DNA of 63,776 nucleotides, filler included, from Octopus bimaculoides (Eukaryota): assembly GCF_001194135.2 (NCBI RefSeq). It is 5 parts of 5 records of this genome, joined end to end, with 100 filler letters (N's around TTAATTAATTAA, not from the genome) between each part and the next. Parts side by side here need not be neighbours in the genome. Positions count along the whole stretch, not along the records: positions 10,101 to 39,484 come from NC_068983.1; positions 39,585 to 55,638 come from NC_068981.1; 3 more parts are not named here. One strand, given 5' to 3'. Shown piece after piece: positions 32,885 to 46,223 of the stretch. The notes below the pieces were generated by a model, which was not told where the DNA came from, searched no databases, and saw nothing but the letters and a program-made list of their open reading frames with translations. The position numbers and the translations under genes are program-made. Each line of letters begins with the position of its first letter. Position 1 is the first letter of the stretch.

Positions 32885-33760
32885 TGTAATTCCTCTGCTT
32901 CTCTTTCAAACATTTAATTTGAAGACAATTTTTTGATGAAGTGTAGCTCCGTTGCTTTTCAGAATTTTGGGTTGTCTCTTGTATATTTGTAAAAGGGAAA
33001 GATTTCGAATGTCCTTCACTGCATGTTCCTAGATACTTGCTCAGTGGAACCTTGCGCAATTCCTCTTGTTGGATGTGTTGCCTGTGGGTTCATACATGTT
33101 GGCAGAGGGAATTGTTTGTTTCGGCAATGTAATTTTCCTTGCAGTTGGGGTAATAATACAAAATATATGATTCAGCGTCTTGCAGTCCATACCTGCATTT
33201 ACTTTGAACGAGAATCCACTCTTTAATTTATGTGGAAACCACTTTCTAAATATTAAAAGTTGTTGTTGTTGCATGTTCCACATCTGCTATCTCCACATTC
33301 TTTACGGAGAATTCTGATTCATTCTCCGATGTGAATTTTTCTGTTGTGAGGTGTTTTTTGAGACCTTTGGTTGGCGTCTACTGTTTTGTAAGGGGTTTTT
33401 ATCAATCAGATCTTTCATCTTGGGGCTTTGTAGAAATATAGGCAGTTTTGATTTTGTGGTGTGGATACCCCAGCATTGCGCGCATTAATATATGGAATCG
33501 TGTGTTCATTAATGTTTTTCCTTTGGTGTCCTTAGTTGTGCGATGCTCAGCTTCTTTGCTTTTTTAATTCCCTCGTTTATTAAGGGGCATTTCTGCTTTG
33601 TTAGGAAGACAGCTTTTTGAGCTTTTTAGCAGTATACGTCTATATGAGAAACTTTCTCAGCACAAATACTGCAGGTTTATCATTTTCGATGGTATATCCA
33701 AGTTAAGTTAGATATACACAATGCTATTTTGAACCAATACTGCTTCCATCGCAAATAACG
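32885..33760 (-). mobile_element. Penelope-like element (third family), linker Cys motif + GIY-YIG, decayed
   Basis: Frameshifted pieces RQPK..LKKHLT, CGDSRCGTC, KSGFSFKVNAGMDCKTLNHIFCI, NYIAETNNSL, HRQHIQQEELRKVPLS. Confidence 0.8.
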
Positions 33761-34089
33761 AATCCTATTAATTTGCATTTATATTCTTAGTATTACACAA
33801 CATGGAAATTGTCTTTTATAATTTATTTATATATTTCTTTCTTTCTATTTGTAGGACAAGTCATATAATAGTGTAGATTTGACAATTAGCTTCTAACACA
33901 TAACATTTTTCAAAATTGTTTTAGAACAAAGTGAAAAATGCCTTTTTTAAAAATAGAATTAATGATTTATAATTGCTGTATATTCTGTCAAATCATATTC
34001 TGTCAAATCATTTCCTCAATACATTGGTTTACAATTAAACTTCAATAAATATGTGATAAAGACGTTTTTTTTTTTTATCAAAGGGCTTT

Positions 34090-34292
34090 TGTTGTGTCAC
34101 CCGTTCGACGTACAATACAACGGGATAATAAATAACGTCCTCGCAAATCGTTCTACTCAAGATACACAATACTTGTAATTACACTCGACAATACGCAACT
34201 CTCGGCTTTACACAGCTCACCGACTCTCTCTTTCTTTATTTTGGCACTGCAGCCATTCACACAGAGGGGACAGCACAAGGACAGGCACAACA
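34090..34292 (-). mobile_element. 203-bp LTR-like unit
   Basis: Perfect TGTTGTG...CACAACA termini, internal AATAAA; related to 35867-36069; no TSD seen. Confidence 0.65.
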
Positions 34293-34439
34293 CCACAGTG
34301 GGGACAAGAAACATAAAACGAATGAAAAATGAAGAAAATGTATAAAATATTATAATGAAATCGATGATGATGAAATGGCTGCATTTCTTTTTGCATCTTT
34401 TTTTTCCATTTTTTAAAAAGTCTATTTCCTCTTTTTCCC

Positions 34440-35750
34440 TTTTAAAGGACTCTTCTATTACTGTTCATTAAGGGTATTAATTCTTCATATTTAACTACTT
34501 TTGGTAGTTCCTCAAATTCAGTCTCTTCCCCCAAAGGGTTCACCTCATCTCCAAATAGTTCTTTCAATCTTCTATGCCTTTCCTTGTCAATCACCACACC
34601 TTCGATGTGTTCCGGGTAACTTTCTGTTGGCAATTTAATCCTTATGGCACCTTTAAATTTCGTTATTTTCCACTCTATAGCGGTGCTTTTCACATATGTG
34701 ACTACATGCCACTTTTTCTTATTCCCATTTACTTGATTATACTCCGAACTTGGGCAGTCCGGGCTAGTCGTTTCCTTTGGTTCCTCCGTCTGTACATCAG
34801 AATAATCATCCACGATTGTCTTCCACTCTATGTTGCGATACCTCTGCCGGTACATCTAACCAGTACCTCGGTACCTCCTCTATTTTCTCCTCTATTTCCT
34901 TCATTCCTTTTTGGCTCTCTGGCGGATAGCTCACTCGCTCTTTCCTCTTTCGCCTATTTACGGCAATAAATGGCTCCTCTTTATTTTCCTTTTTTCCATC
35001 CCTTCCTCTTCGGCGGGTTGTCCTTCATGTTGTCCTCTACTTTACTTTCTTGTTGAGGGCACCTAGCTTTCATGTGCCCTCTTTATTTACATAGAAAACA
35101 TGTTGGAGGTCTTTCCTCCACCAACACTCTTAACGTAATGTTTTCTGGTAGAAGAATCTCTTCTACAATTCCGTGTAGGTATTTTAACCCAACTTGAATC
35201 GCCATCTTTAGGCCATAGCCCCAGCAATTAACTTTGTTCATTCTGGTTATCTTCAGAATCCTTGCATCTTCCTCCATTACGTGCATAACTGCTGCCACCA
35301 GCCATGCCTCTTCGATATCGGGGGCACTCTGCCGAGTCTCACACTGGCAACACGTTTGCCACTCTACATCGGCAGCAGCACCTACTCTTGTATCCTTATC
35401 AGCTCAGTGGAGTGGTTAATAGCATCCGCCTCGCTGGAGAACCTAACCTCCACTGTGCCGTATTTTCTTCCACATATATAGAATATGGTTAGTCCTTTCA
35501 TGTTGCGTAAACATTCCTCAATTGCCTCTATTGGGGCAATCTCTATTTCTTTGCTAGCGGTTGATAACGTCCTGTACACAACCTTTTTCCTTGCTACATT
35601 CTTCGTCACTTCTTCTGGTGGGGTCATCTTTAAACTGGACCCTTCTTTTTGTAACAATTTGTTTCCTTTTCTCCATTCCTTTGTGTCTATTTTTATCTCG
35701 CGAACTTCAAGGGTGTTGGTCGTAATACTTTGTGTAGTTGCGGATGCTTA
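34440..35750 (-). pseudogene. L1/Tx1-like ORF1 (RRM-like region + CCHC zinc knuckle) without ORF2
   Basis: GTVEVRFSSEADA...GKRVASVRLGRVPPDI...VEERPPTCFLCK*RGHMKARCP, then basic FIAVNRRKRK; a few stops and frameshifts; no APE or RT follows. Confidence 0.7.
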
Positions 35751-35866
35751 ACTTGCGACACGCTCCATTTCACCTCCATTCATCCCTTCGCCCATAACAG
35801 GGGAAGAAACACTCTCCAATACAGGCAAAACAGCGACAGAATTCAGCAATTTAACAATTTAACGAA

Positions 35867-36069
35867 TCTTGATTCACCCGCACGGGGAGACCTACAACAA
35901 TATATAATAACAGTGTGTAACAAGTTAACTCACTTTTTAATGAAATCAACACCAACACCCAAAAATTGCGAGGCGACTCTCTGCCCACACTCTCTGCGCA
36001 TGTCTATTTATATTGTGGCACAGTCCATTCGGAGCCAACCAAATAGGGGTGTTTTACTTCAACACAATA
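35867..36069 (-). mobile_element. 3' LTR of the second Gypsy element (203 bp)
   Basis: Follows PPT aaaagggtgagg; starts tattgtg (degenerate TGTTGTG), contains TATAAATA, ends cgggtgaatcaaga. Confidence 0.7.
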
Positions 36070-39000
36070 CCTCACCCTTTTGAGCTTGGCTTTGTCTTTT
36101 TTTCATTTATTTATTCTATTATTTTTATCATAATTTTACTTCATTGATGAGAAACTGGCATATCTATTTCTCTTGGCGTTAATTTCCATCATTTCTGCAT
36201 GTTTTCTTTTCCTGTTCGGCCTGCATGTCGGTTCTGCTTTCACTTGTGGTTCTGGGACCTCGAATATGTCATACCATATATCCATTGGCTCATCTCGCCT
36301 TTCTTGATTTTTGGTATAACTTTTCTTTATTTGGTTAACGTGCCTTTTATGTTCATATTTTGGTCCTTTTACCGTGTACATCTCATTACCCTGAGGTCCA
36401 GTTACATAACCTTCTTCCCAGTCCTGTTTTCCGTTTTTATACATTGTAAAATACACTTTGTCACCTGTGTTAAAAAAACTTCGTTTTACTTCCCGAATTT
36501 TGTATTTTCCGTTTCTTACTTGGCTACGTTTGTCAACCACAAAACGAATCTTTCTGGAGAACATCAAATCTGCAGGTGATCTACCCGACTCTGTATTTAG
36601 ATTCGGTGTTATTCTGTACACCTGTAAGAACTTTGTCTATTTCCAACATCAAAAGGTTCCCGTCTGATCTTTCTTAAGGCTCTCTTGAATGTGTCGACGA
36701 ATCTTTCCGCTAACCCATTTGACCTCGGATGGTACGGTGGAGTTAACACATGCTTCATGTGGACTGACTTACATAATTGTTTGAACTCCTTTGCCGTGAA
36801 TTGTGTGCCATTATCTGACACGATCGTATCATGCAATCCGTAACGAAGGAACAATTCTTCCAAGAAGTCAATAGTCACATTTGTGGTTGGCCTTGAATAT
36901 TTACACACTTCAAGCCATTTCGAATAGCTATCCACCACAATGATATAATAAGAGCCATTTATTGGTCCTGCAAAATCCACATGCAGTCTAGACCATGCTG
37001 AATCTGTTTTTGGCCATGGCTGTATCTGCACTGGGGGCACCTTTGCTGCCATAGTGCATCCCTTACATTGTTTACCAGTCTCTCAATGTGTTTCTCCATA
37101 TTCAACCAATACACGTAACTTATCATGAGGCTTTTCATCCAGGCAATCCCTGGATGTCCTACATGGAAGTCTTTCAATATTCCGTTTTGCAGTACTTCAG
37201 GTATTACCTCCCTTTGTGCTTATAATAATACATCATCACATACTGAATAGCACTCTGAACCTGCGTTTCGCTCGTTTATATTATTTTTCGCATTACTTTC
37301 CAACGGTATTTTAAAAATTTTTTCTGAACATATTTTTTTCCGATTTTAATTTAATTTCTTCTAGCATTACCGGAAAATCACGTACTATACTGCACAAAAT
37401 GTTCTTCAATTCCATTTCTAGTTTTAACGATGCAGTCGCCGTGTCTTCAAAAGGTTATTTATATTTTGGAATTAACCTAGACAACCCGTCTGCGTGTCCC
37501 ATTTTCTTTGATGGCAAAAACTCCATCTGAAAATCATAGTTCAACAGAGTAGTCCCTCAGCGCTGTAAACGTTTTGCTGAATGCGTGGAGGTACCCTTTT
37601 CCGAACCAAAAATAGACAGTAACGGTCGGTGATCAGTCTGCAGTGTAAACTTCCTACCGTGTAGGAATTTATGGAATGTTGTTACTGCGAAAATTAATGA
37701 CAAATCATCCTCTTCGATCTGGCTGTAGTTCTTTTCTGCTCCCAGGGGAATCCTTGATGCATGTACGATAGCTTTGATTTTACCATCATTAAATTTGTGC
37801 AATATCACAGCTCTTATACCATATTCGTTGGCATCCGTTGCCACAATTATGTTAACCTCTTTATTAATTTCTCGAATGCTTTCTGACATTCGTTTGTCCA
37901 GTCCCATTTCGTGTCTTCTTTTAATTATTCAACGGAGTTCTTAGCTCATATATTTTAGGCATGTACAGCTGGTATTAACATACCAGACCTAAAAATGTTT
38001 GTGATGTTGTTTTGTTAGTGAGAGCAGGCATATTTTCTATCACGTCGACCCTAGAAGGGTCCGGTTTTCGTCTGTTTTCATTGATCACCTGTCCCAAGTA
38101 CTTTATTTCTGTTTTAAAAAAATCGCATTTATTTTCGCTTACTTTAAATCCATAGTCACTTATTTTTTTAACAAACATTTTTTATGTGTTCAGTATGCTG
38201 GTCCCTCGATTCACTTTTGATCAATATGCTGGTCCCTCGATTCACTTTTGATCAATATGTCATGCAAGTATGGGACCGCAAACTCACAGTCTGTTAGTAT
38301 GGTGTCCACCACTTACTGAAATATTGCTGGTGCGACCTTAACCCCAAATGGCAGTCTTTTGAAACGGTACAGACCTTTATGAGTATTAATTGTTAATACT
38401 TTAGCACATTCCTCATCAACCAGTAATTGGAGGTAGACCTCTGACAAACCCAGCTTGGAAAAAAATTTCCCACCATTGCACTTAGCAAATATTTCTTCTG
38501 GCCCTGGAAGCGGATAGTTGTAATTTTTTAAACAATCATTAAGACCTGTTGAGAAGTCCGCTCATTATCTGACATGGACTGTGACACATTCACCTTATTA
38601 TATAATGTATTCAATGGTAGAATTCTGCCCTTAAATCTTTACCGAACAGATTCATTGTATTTTTAGATACCATTATTTTACTTTACCGCATTATTTCTTT
38701 AAGTTTTATTTCTGGCGGAATTTCGCCCAAGAATTGAATTCGTTCCCCTGACACACCATGAGCTATCTTTGTAGTTTTGTTGTATACCGGCCTTCTTATC
38801 TTAATCCATGTTGCTGTATTAATTATCGATGCGTCTGAACCGGTATCTAATAGCATTTTCGTCTGAAAATCATTCATTTTTACCGACACAAATTTTTGGC
38901 TTTTATGGTATAATTTATTTTTGTTGAGTAGACTTTCTTAGATTTCTCATTTTTTACATTTTTTCTTCAACCAGCATTTTCACAATCTATGCCCAATTTT

Positions 39001-39120
39001 ACCGCACTTAAAACATCTTTTATCTTTAAAGGGGCAATCTATCATAAAATGCAGGTCTCCGCAACCATAGCACGGTTTTGGATTTATCTGACATTTTTTA
39101 TTTCAATACCTTCTTTACAC
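36070..39120 (-). mobile_element. Gypsy (Mag-like) LTR retrotransposon, gag knuckles-PR-RT-RNaseH-IN, decayed
   Basis: CYGCGDLHFMIDC / CFKCGKIGH knuckles, LLDTGSDASII protease, YLHD, VATDANEYGI..EKNYSQIE, GHPGI, WSRLHVDFAGP..IVSDNGTQF..PYHPRSNGLAERFV. Confidence 0.93.
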
Positions 39121-39125
39121 GTTTG

Positions 39126-39484
39126 TACATCATCATCATTATTATTATTATTATTCAGTAGTTTTATTTTTATAACGTGCTTTCACTTCACTACCGAGCG
39201 CAGCTCTGTGCGCCTTGGGTATGTGCTGTGGTTTGCTGTGGTGCTCTTATGTTTACTGTATTGAAAGTGTTTTGCGTAGAATGTGTGCAGTACCCAGTAG
39301 TGCAATTTTCTGTATGTTATATATATTTGTAAGTCCTGGTGTTTTTGTTATGTATTTGTCTGAATATTTTTTTATTATACCTAAGGCACCTACTATGATA
39401 GGAATTGTTTCTGTTTTTAGATTCCACATTCGAGTTATCTCTATTTCCAGGTCTTTGTATTTTGAAAGTTTTTCCATTTCTTTT
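39126..39484 (-). mobile_element. R4/Dong-type LINE 3' end, same family as 3024-3390, truncating the Gypsy gag
   Basis: MEKLSKYKDLEIEITRMWNLKTETIPIIVGALG...; short (AAT)n/(GAT)n tail at 39126-39155. Confidence 0.9.
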
Positions 39485-39583
39485 NNNNNNNNNNNNNNNN
39501 NNNNNNNNNNNNNNNNNNNNNNNNNNNNTTAATTAATTAANNNNNNNNNNNNNNNNNNNNNNNNNNNNNNNNNNNNNNNNNNN

Positions 39584-39727
39584 NGCGTAAGAGTGGCTGT
39601 GTGGTAAGTAGCTTGCTGACCAACCACATGGTTCTGGGTTCAATCCCACTGCGTGGCACGTTGGGCAAGTGTCTTCTACTATAGCCTCCGGCCGACCAAA
39701 CCCTTGTGAGTGGATTTGGTAGACGGA
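39584..39727 (+). mobile_element. SINE family 1, 5' half
   Basis: gtggctgtgtggtaagtagcttgc..gggttcaatcccac..ttgggcaagtgtctt. Confidence 0.9.
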
Positions 39728-39925
39728 TACTTTTCTTTCCTTCCCTGAGCGTCTGCTAATACTTTATATGTATCACGTCCTCGCGTTGCTGGATTTTCTT
39801 CGCTTTTTTTGTGGGGGATTAACTATATATATAAACACACACATATACGTATGTGTTTGTGTGTATATGTACAGGAATAAAACGTTTCTGTAGTGTACAG
39901 AGGCGTATATTAGGGAATAAGGTTA

Positions 39926-40251
39926 GTCAGAAGAAACGAAAGGATTGTACTTTAGTTTATTTATATACAGGCAGAGAAAGTCTTCAAAGTTTGCAAAGAA
40001 ACGGAATGGAATGAAATCCAGAAAGATAATTATGTCATTATTTTTGAGAATTTTCCGTCTAGCGTTTGAGAACACTTGAGAGTAGAGGCACAAGTAGTCT
40101 CAAACGCTAGACGGATAAATTCTTAAATATAATGACGTAATTATTTATCTGACTCTATTTCATCTCGTTTCATCTCATTTCATTTTCTTGAAAATCTGAA
40201 GACTTTCTCTATATAAATAAACTAAGGTACAATTCCTTCGTTTCTTCTGAC
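39926..40251. mobile_element. Palindromic MITE-like element with TA flanks
   Basis: TA-gtcagaagaaacg...cgtttcttctgac-TA; arms of ~155 bp pair along their length (perfect ccgtctagcgtttgaga stem) around a ~12-nt loop at ~40079-40090. Confidence 0.85.
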
Positions 40252-40583
40252 TAGCTTTATTATCATTACTAATTTATATATATACATACATATATATGTA
40301 TATATATATACATACATACATATATATATATATNNNNNNNNNNNNNNNNNNNNNNNNNNNNNNNNNNNNNNNNNNNNNNNNNNNNNNNNNNNNNNNNNNN
40401 NNNNNNNNNNNNNNNNNNNNNNNNNNNNNNNNNNNNNNNNNNNNNNNNNNNNNNNNNNNNNNNNNNNNNNNNNNNNNNNNNNNNNNNNNNNNNNNNNNNN
40501 NNNNNNNNNNNNNNNNNNNNNNNNNNNNNNNNNNNNNNNNNNNNNNNNNNNNNNNNNNNNNNNNNNNNNNNNNNNNNNNNTAC

Positions 40584-40614
<31 letters not shown>

Positions 40615-40990
40615 TATATATATAAATTAGTGTACATTTAAACACAAGAGAGGCGACCTTTAACAGGCAGCCTTACACGCTAGAAGAAGCAGTCAAAACG
40701 GTCAAAACCACATTTAAGAGCAATTTCGAAGGAATGAAAAATAAAAACTTTTACCTTGCTTTTTCTACAACCATAGCTAGGTTTCAAACTCTAATTAGCA
40801 AATAAAATAATTCGCTAGGCGGAGTTCTCATCAGTGGCTACGCCAAAACATTAACAGAGAATGTTACACTAATTTAATATGGAGAATATGTTGTCTATTG
40901 ACTTTTTATACATGCTAGACCACTGGTAGTGAAATTTCTAAAAATCTCGCTACTTTATATATTTTACGTATATATATATACTCACATACA

Positions 40991-41026
<36 letters not shown>

Positions 41027-42278
41027 CGTGTGTGTATAATTAGAAAGTAATGTAATAAAACATTACGGTGGATATACTATAAATATATTATAAATAATTT
41101 AGATTATTTATGAATATATCAACGGCCAAACATGTTATAAAATACATAGAAGAACGTTTTAGCTGCTATTTCTAAACATGTAAGGGTTTTGAAACCCTCT
41201 TAGTTATAATTGTTACTTGTTCATAACTATAAACGTTCCTTGGTCATCGCACGAACATTCTTTTATCCTGTTTCCTTTCAGTTCGTTGCTTTACAGCGTT
41301 CAGCATACACATATTTTTTCACGTCTGGCCGTATAGCCTTTCTTGTTTATTTTCACTGTTTCATTTTCCTGTCTTGTTTTCTGTCCGCCACTACATTCCT
41401 TCACGGTACAAATTTAATTTGTGGTCCGTGGGAAGAGCCATTCTAACAATGCGTTCTGCTCTAACTCTTCGAAACACTTAGTTTTAGAATGGTGGTAGCT
41501 GATGAAGGAAATGTTCTCTATGTGGCCTGTATGTTTTCTATACTCTGTTTGTCATTTTGCAACGTCCTGTACCCAGATATGCATCTATATATACATGTAG
41601 ATGTAGGTATGTACATACATGTACGTATATATGCATATACTCATATATTGTTTATATTATATATNNNNNNNNNNNNNNNNNNNNNNNNNNNNNNNNNNNN
41701 NNNNNNNNNNNNNNNNNNNNNNNNNNNNNNNNNNNNNNNNNNNNNNNNNNNNNNNNNNNNNNNNNNNNNNNNNNNNNNNNNNNNNNNNNNNNNNNNNNNN
41801 NNNNNNNNNNNNNNNNNNNNNNNNNNNNNNNNNNNNNNNNNNNNNNNNNNNNNNNNNNNNNNNNNNNNNNNNNNNNNNNNNNNNNNNNNNNNNNNNNNNN
41901 NNNNNNNNNNNNNNNNNNNNNNNNNNNNNNNNNNNNNNNNNNNNNNNNNNNNNNNNNNNNNNNNNNNNNNNNNNNNNNNNNNNNNNNNNNNNNNNNNNNN
42001 NNNNNNNNNNNNNNNNNNNNNNNNNNNNNNNNNNNNNNNNNNNNNNNNNNNNNNNNNNNNNNNNNNNNNNNNNNNNNNNNNNNNNNNNNNNNNNNNNNNN
42101 NNNNNNNNNNNNNNNNNNNNNNNNNNNNNNNNNNNNNNNNNNNNNNNNNNNNNNNNNNNNNNNNNNNNNNNNNNNNNNNNNNNNNNNNNNNNNNNNNNNN
42201 NNNNNNNNNNNNNNNNNNNNNNNNNNNNNNNNNNNNNNNNNNNNNNNNNNNNNNNNNNNNNATATATACATATATATA

Positions 42279-42326
<48 letters not shown>

Positions 42327-42984
42327 GTGTGTGTACACACACACGCACAGACACAATTATATGTGCTTGTATGGAAGATAGTAAGATTGCAAAGCATGTG
42401 TTGTGCAATGAGCTGCGCTTTGGAAAGTGTCGTCTGCACAAAACCATTCCACACAGTAAGACGATTAATTGAGTAAACGTTACGAATTTTGCCTGTCACC
42501 AGCGGGATTGAATAGTCATCTGAGAGGTCATGGACAGAATGTTGGAAATGCTGCTGTCAACGAGGAAACTCAGAGACGGTAACCATCTCTGAAGACGGAG
42601 CAATCACCCAACATACGTACAAACATGCATACCCGCACGAACACACATACACACATACACACACGTTATAAAATTCTATATTCGGATATACAGATGTACA
42701 TATCTGTGTTAGATATAGTTAGATGAATGTTTAGACATATGTGTGGGCGAACACATATGTTTGCATATATATATGTATGTGTGAGTAGATGTGTGTGCGT
42801 GTGTGTATGTATATACATATATATACCATACAATCCAACATACCTCCATCATCAGCTGCCCCATGGATATCACTATGGTTTCGACACCTGGGCAATACCA
42901 TTCAATGTATGTATGTACGTATGTTTGTATGTATGTATGTATGTATGTATGTATGTATGTATGTATGTTTGTATATATGTATAT

Positions 42985-43164
42985 CTCTTTTATCTTTTAC
43001 GCGTTAGACTGCGACCCTACTGGGGCACCGCCTTCGAGAATTTTTAGTCGAACGAATCGACTCCAGCATTTTCTAAAGCCTGGTACTTATTCTATTGATC
43101 TCTTTTGCCGAACCGTTAAGTTATGGGGACATATACACCAGTGCCGGTTGTCAAGCAGTCTAGT

Positions 43165-43165
<1 letters not shown>
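42985..43165 (-). mobile_element. SINE family 1, 3' half
   Basis: ggggcaccgcc, tcttttgccgaaccgttaagttatggggac, ccggttgtcaagc. Confidence 0.75.
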
Positions 43166-43241
<76 letters not shown>

Positions 43242-43905
43242 ACACACACGTTATTCAGTTATTCCAAGATTTCTTGCCAATAGAGGAAGAACCAGTTTCT
43301 AACTTAGATCCAAGGCTCCTTCATTGAAATTTCAACATCAACCACAAGGTATTTGTGTATGCATATATGCATATATGCATATGTGCATATGTGCTGTATT
43401 TGGATTCAGGGCATATGCAGATTAGTTTCGTTTTATGTATGTTTCATGCACATAGTTGCATACACATACCTAGACATGCGGATATAGACTCAAATTTGTA
43501 AAACTTCTGGAAAGTTTTACAATTTGTTTTACAGTTCCAGTGATGGCTTGGCTCTATAGTCTTCGAATTAGCTTTCTTTTTTCTGGTTTTGAGAAGCCTC
43601 ATTTCTCAAGATTGGTAATTAGGCAGTATGTATGCATGTAGAGGAGTAAATGTATGGAAGAGCGATTTAGCCAAGTCAATATACAGGAAATACAAAAAAA
43701 AAATGTTTAGATGTAAACATCTATACATTTTTTTGTATTTGTATACTTTGTATATTGACCTGCCTAACACGCTTATCTTTACATTTCCTCCTCTACCCGC
43801 TCAAGTTTAAATTACTTGAGCACTACTAAATGTATTCCATACGGAGAATACCTGGACCACATCTATGAACTATGTATGAATGTATGTATGTATGTATATA
43901 TGTAT

Positions 43906-44832
43906 GTCTCTTCTATTTTTTAAAAATTATTATAAATATTCCAGTAAAGATACATGGCTACATCTTTGGGATGTAGTTAACACAAATTCACATTTGGGAC
44001 TTTTTACTGTTCCACTCACAGATTGGACTTGTTATGTATGAATCATCCGGTCAATTTCTCTTTCGGAGAATCCCAGTTTATCCAGATTCTCCGTTAAGCA
44101 TTTACTAACAAGACCTACTGCTCCAATTATTATTGGTATGAATATGAATTCATAGTCTAGATATATAGATGCTAGAGGTTTCGAAGCAGTTGTCCATAGA
44201 TATCCTCTCTTTCTTTGAATTTCAAAGAAATATTTATATCTGCAGGGCAGGCTGACCTCTATGATGGTACATGCCTTTGCCCCTCTGTCCCAAACAACAG
44301 CATCCGGCCTGTTATGTTTACATTTGACGGACGTTTTGATGGAAATATTGCGCCAGTATTTCTTGAGTTGGTGTTTGTGAATATATTCCATAACAGAGGG
44401 ATTTTCTAAGTTTATTTCAGGACAGTCTTTTTTGCGGATGGCATTGTAAATTGTTTTAGCAACAACATCGTGCTGCACAGGGAGGTAGTACCGTGACGAC
44501 ATTTTAGGACAGCTGCTAATCACTTGCGTAATGTCTTCCACAGAAACATGACATAGCCTACACATGCGGTTGCACCTTGGGATTACAAGAGCATCACTGT
44601 CTCTCTTGTTCACCAGGTACTTTGTGGCAATCTCCTGGATTGCAAACACATAGCCTTCAAAGTGTGATGTGATGTAGTGGTCTTGTGTCCAAGAGAGGCT
44701 GCGCTTCCTGTCAATTCTACTGTCTTCTTCAAGCTTCCGGGCAACATACCCATGCATAGGCCTTTTTTTGTATGCTGAGTTCTTTCCATCCAGGTCTTCT
44801 CTGAGGTAAGAGAGCCCAGCTGTTTTGGGGCT
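43906..44832 (-). mobile_element. RLE-type non-LTR retrotransposon (R4-like, distinct family), CCHC + endonuclease
   Basis: ITSHFEGYVFAIQE...CRLCHVSVEDITQVISSC...QHDVVAK...NRPDAVVWDR..IIEVSLP...IPIIIGAVG; (CATA)n on both sides. Confidence 0.88.
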
Positions 44833-45268
44833 GTATGTATGTATGTATGTATGTATGTATGTATGTATGCATGCATGTATGCATGTATGCATGTATGTAT
44901 GTATGTATGCACGCACGTATGTATGTATGTATGCACGCACGTATGTATGTATGTGTGTGTGTATGTGTGAATGAATTCTAAAGACTGGTCATATGAATGA
45001 AGCTTTAACTTCTTTCTCACATGCCGCTGTTGATCATGTGGAACTCAGCATAAAGCGATTTGCAGTGAAACCGTTGTAGAGAAAAGAAAAAAAAAAAGCA
45101 CGAGTAAAGTGACTCAAGTTGAATATATTCTTCTTTTCCGTCTTCATCATTTTTTAAGGTATCATGTTGCCTGTGTATATCTGTACTCTCTTTCTCCCTC
45201 TCTGCCTCCCCTCCTCTCTTTCTATATATATTTACATATATACATTTATATACATGTATATGTGTATG

Positions 45269-45300
<32 letters not shown>

Positions 45301-46223
45301 NNNNNNNNNNNNNNNNNNNNNNNNNNNNNNNNNNNNNNNNNNNNNNNNNNNNNNNNNNNNNNNNNNNNNNNNNNNNNNNNNNNNNNNNNNNNNNNNNNNN
45401 NNNNNNNNNNNNNNNNNNNNNNNNNNNNNNNNNNNNNNNNNNNNNNNNNNNNNNNNNNNNNNNNNNNNNNNNNNNNNNNNNNNNNNNNNNNNNNNNNNNN
45501 NNNNNNNNNNNNNNNNNNNNNNNNNNNNNNNNNNNNNNNNNNNNNNNNNNNNNNNNNNNNNNNNNNNNNNNNNNNNNNNNNNNNNNNNNNNNNNNNNNNN
45601 NNNNNNNNNNNNNNNNNNNNNNNNNNNNNNNNNNNNNNNNNNNNNNNNNNNNNNNNNNNNNNNNNNNNNNNNNNNNNNNNNNNNNNNNNNNNNNNNNNNN
45701 NNNNNNNNNNNNNNNNNNNNNNNATATATATATATATATAAAACATATTGAAAGCATATGTGCATATTTGCCCACTCGCACGCACGCACACACACACACG
45801 CACACATATATACACACGCTCACACACAAATATACCTAATGACAATGAAACTCTCTATGAAGGTAGCAGGACTGTTTTAAAAACAGAAACTTTATTGTTG
45901 CTGACAGTGATGTTAGATCTGCCGTGTTTCGAGGCTACAATGATATGAAAATAGATCAATGAACGATCTACTTTGTTTTCTATTTTCACTGAACTGGATA
46001 GTCTCAAGTGTAGAGCTGTGGAAACGTTGCTATACTTCTTTCCTTCAAACTAACAATGGACAGAAGACAGAAAGACACAACAAAATATGCAGACGATGGC
46101 TAAATGATTGTCTCGATAGGTCTGCCATTGTCGCGACTTCGAAAATAGACTAAACAAGAGACGTTCGCTCAGCCATGCAACCATTCGTACAAATATGTTC
46201 ACTTGCTTCTTATTATCATTATA

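Noticed and set aside
41461-41520. GAAAC...CTGATGA as a permuted hammerhead in a probable repeat at ~41000-41570
   Set aside because: Motif words are present, but stems I and II cannot be paired convincingly in this copy.
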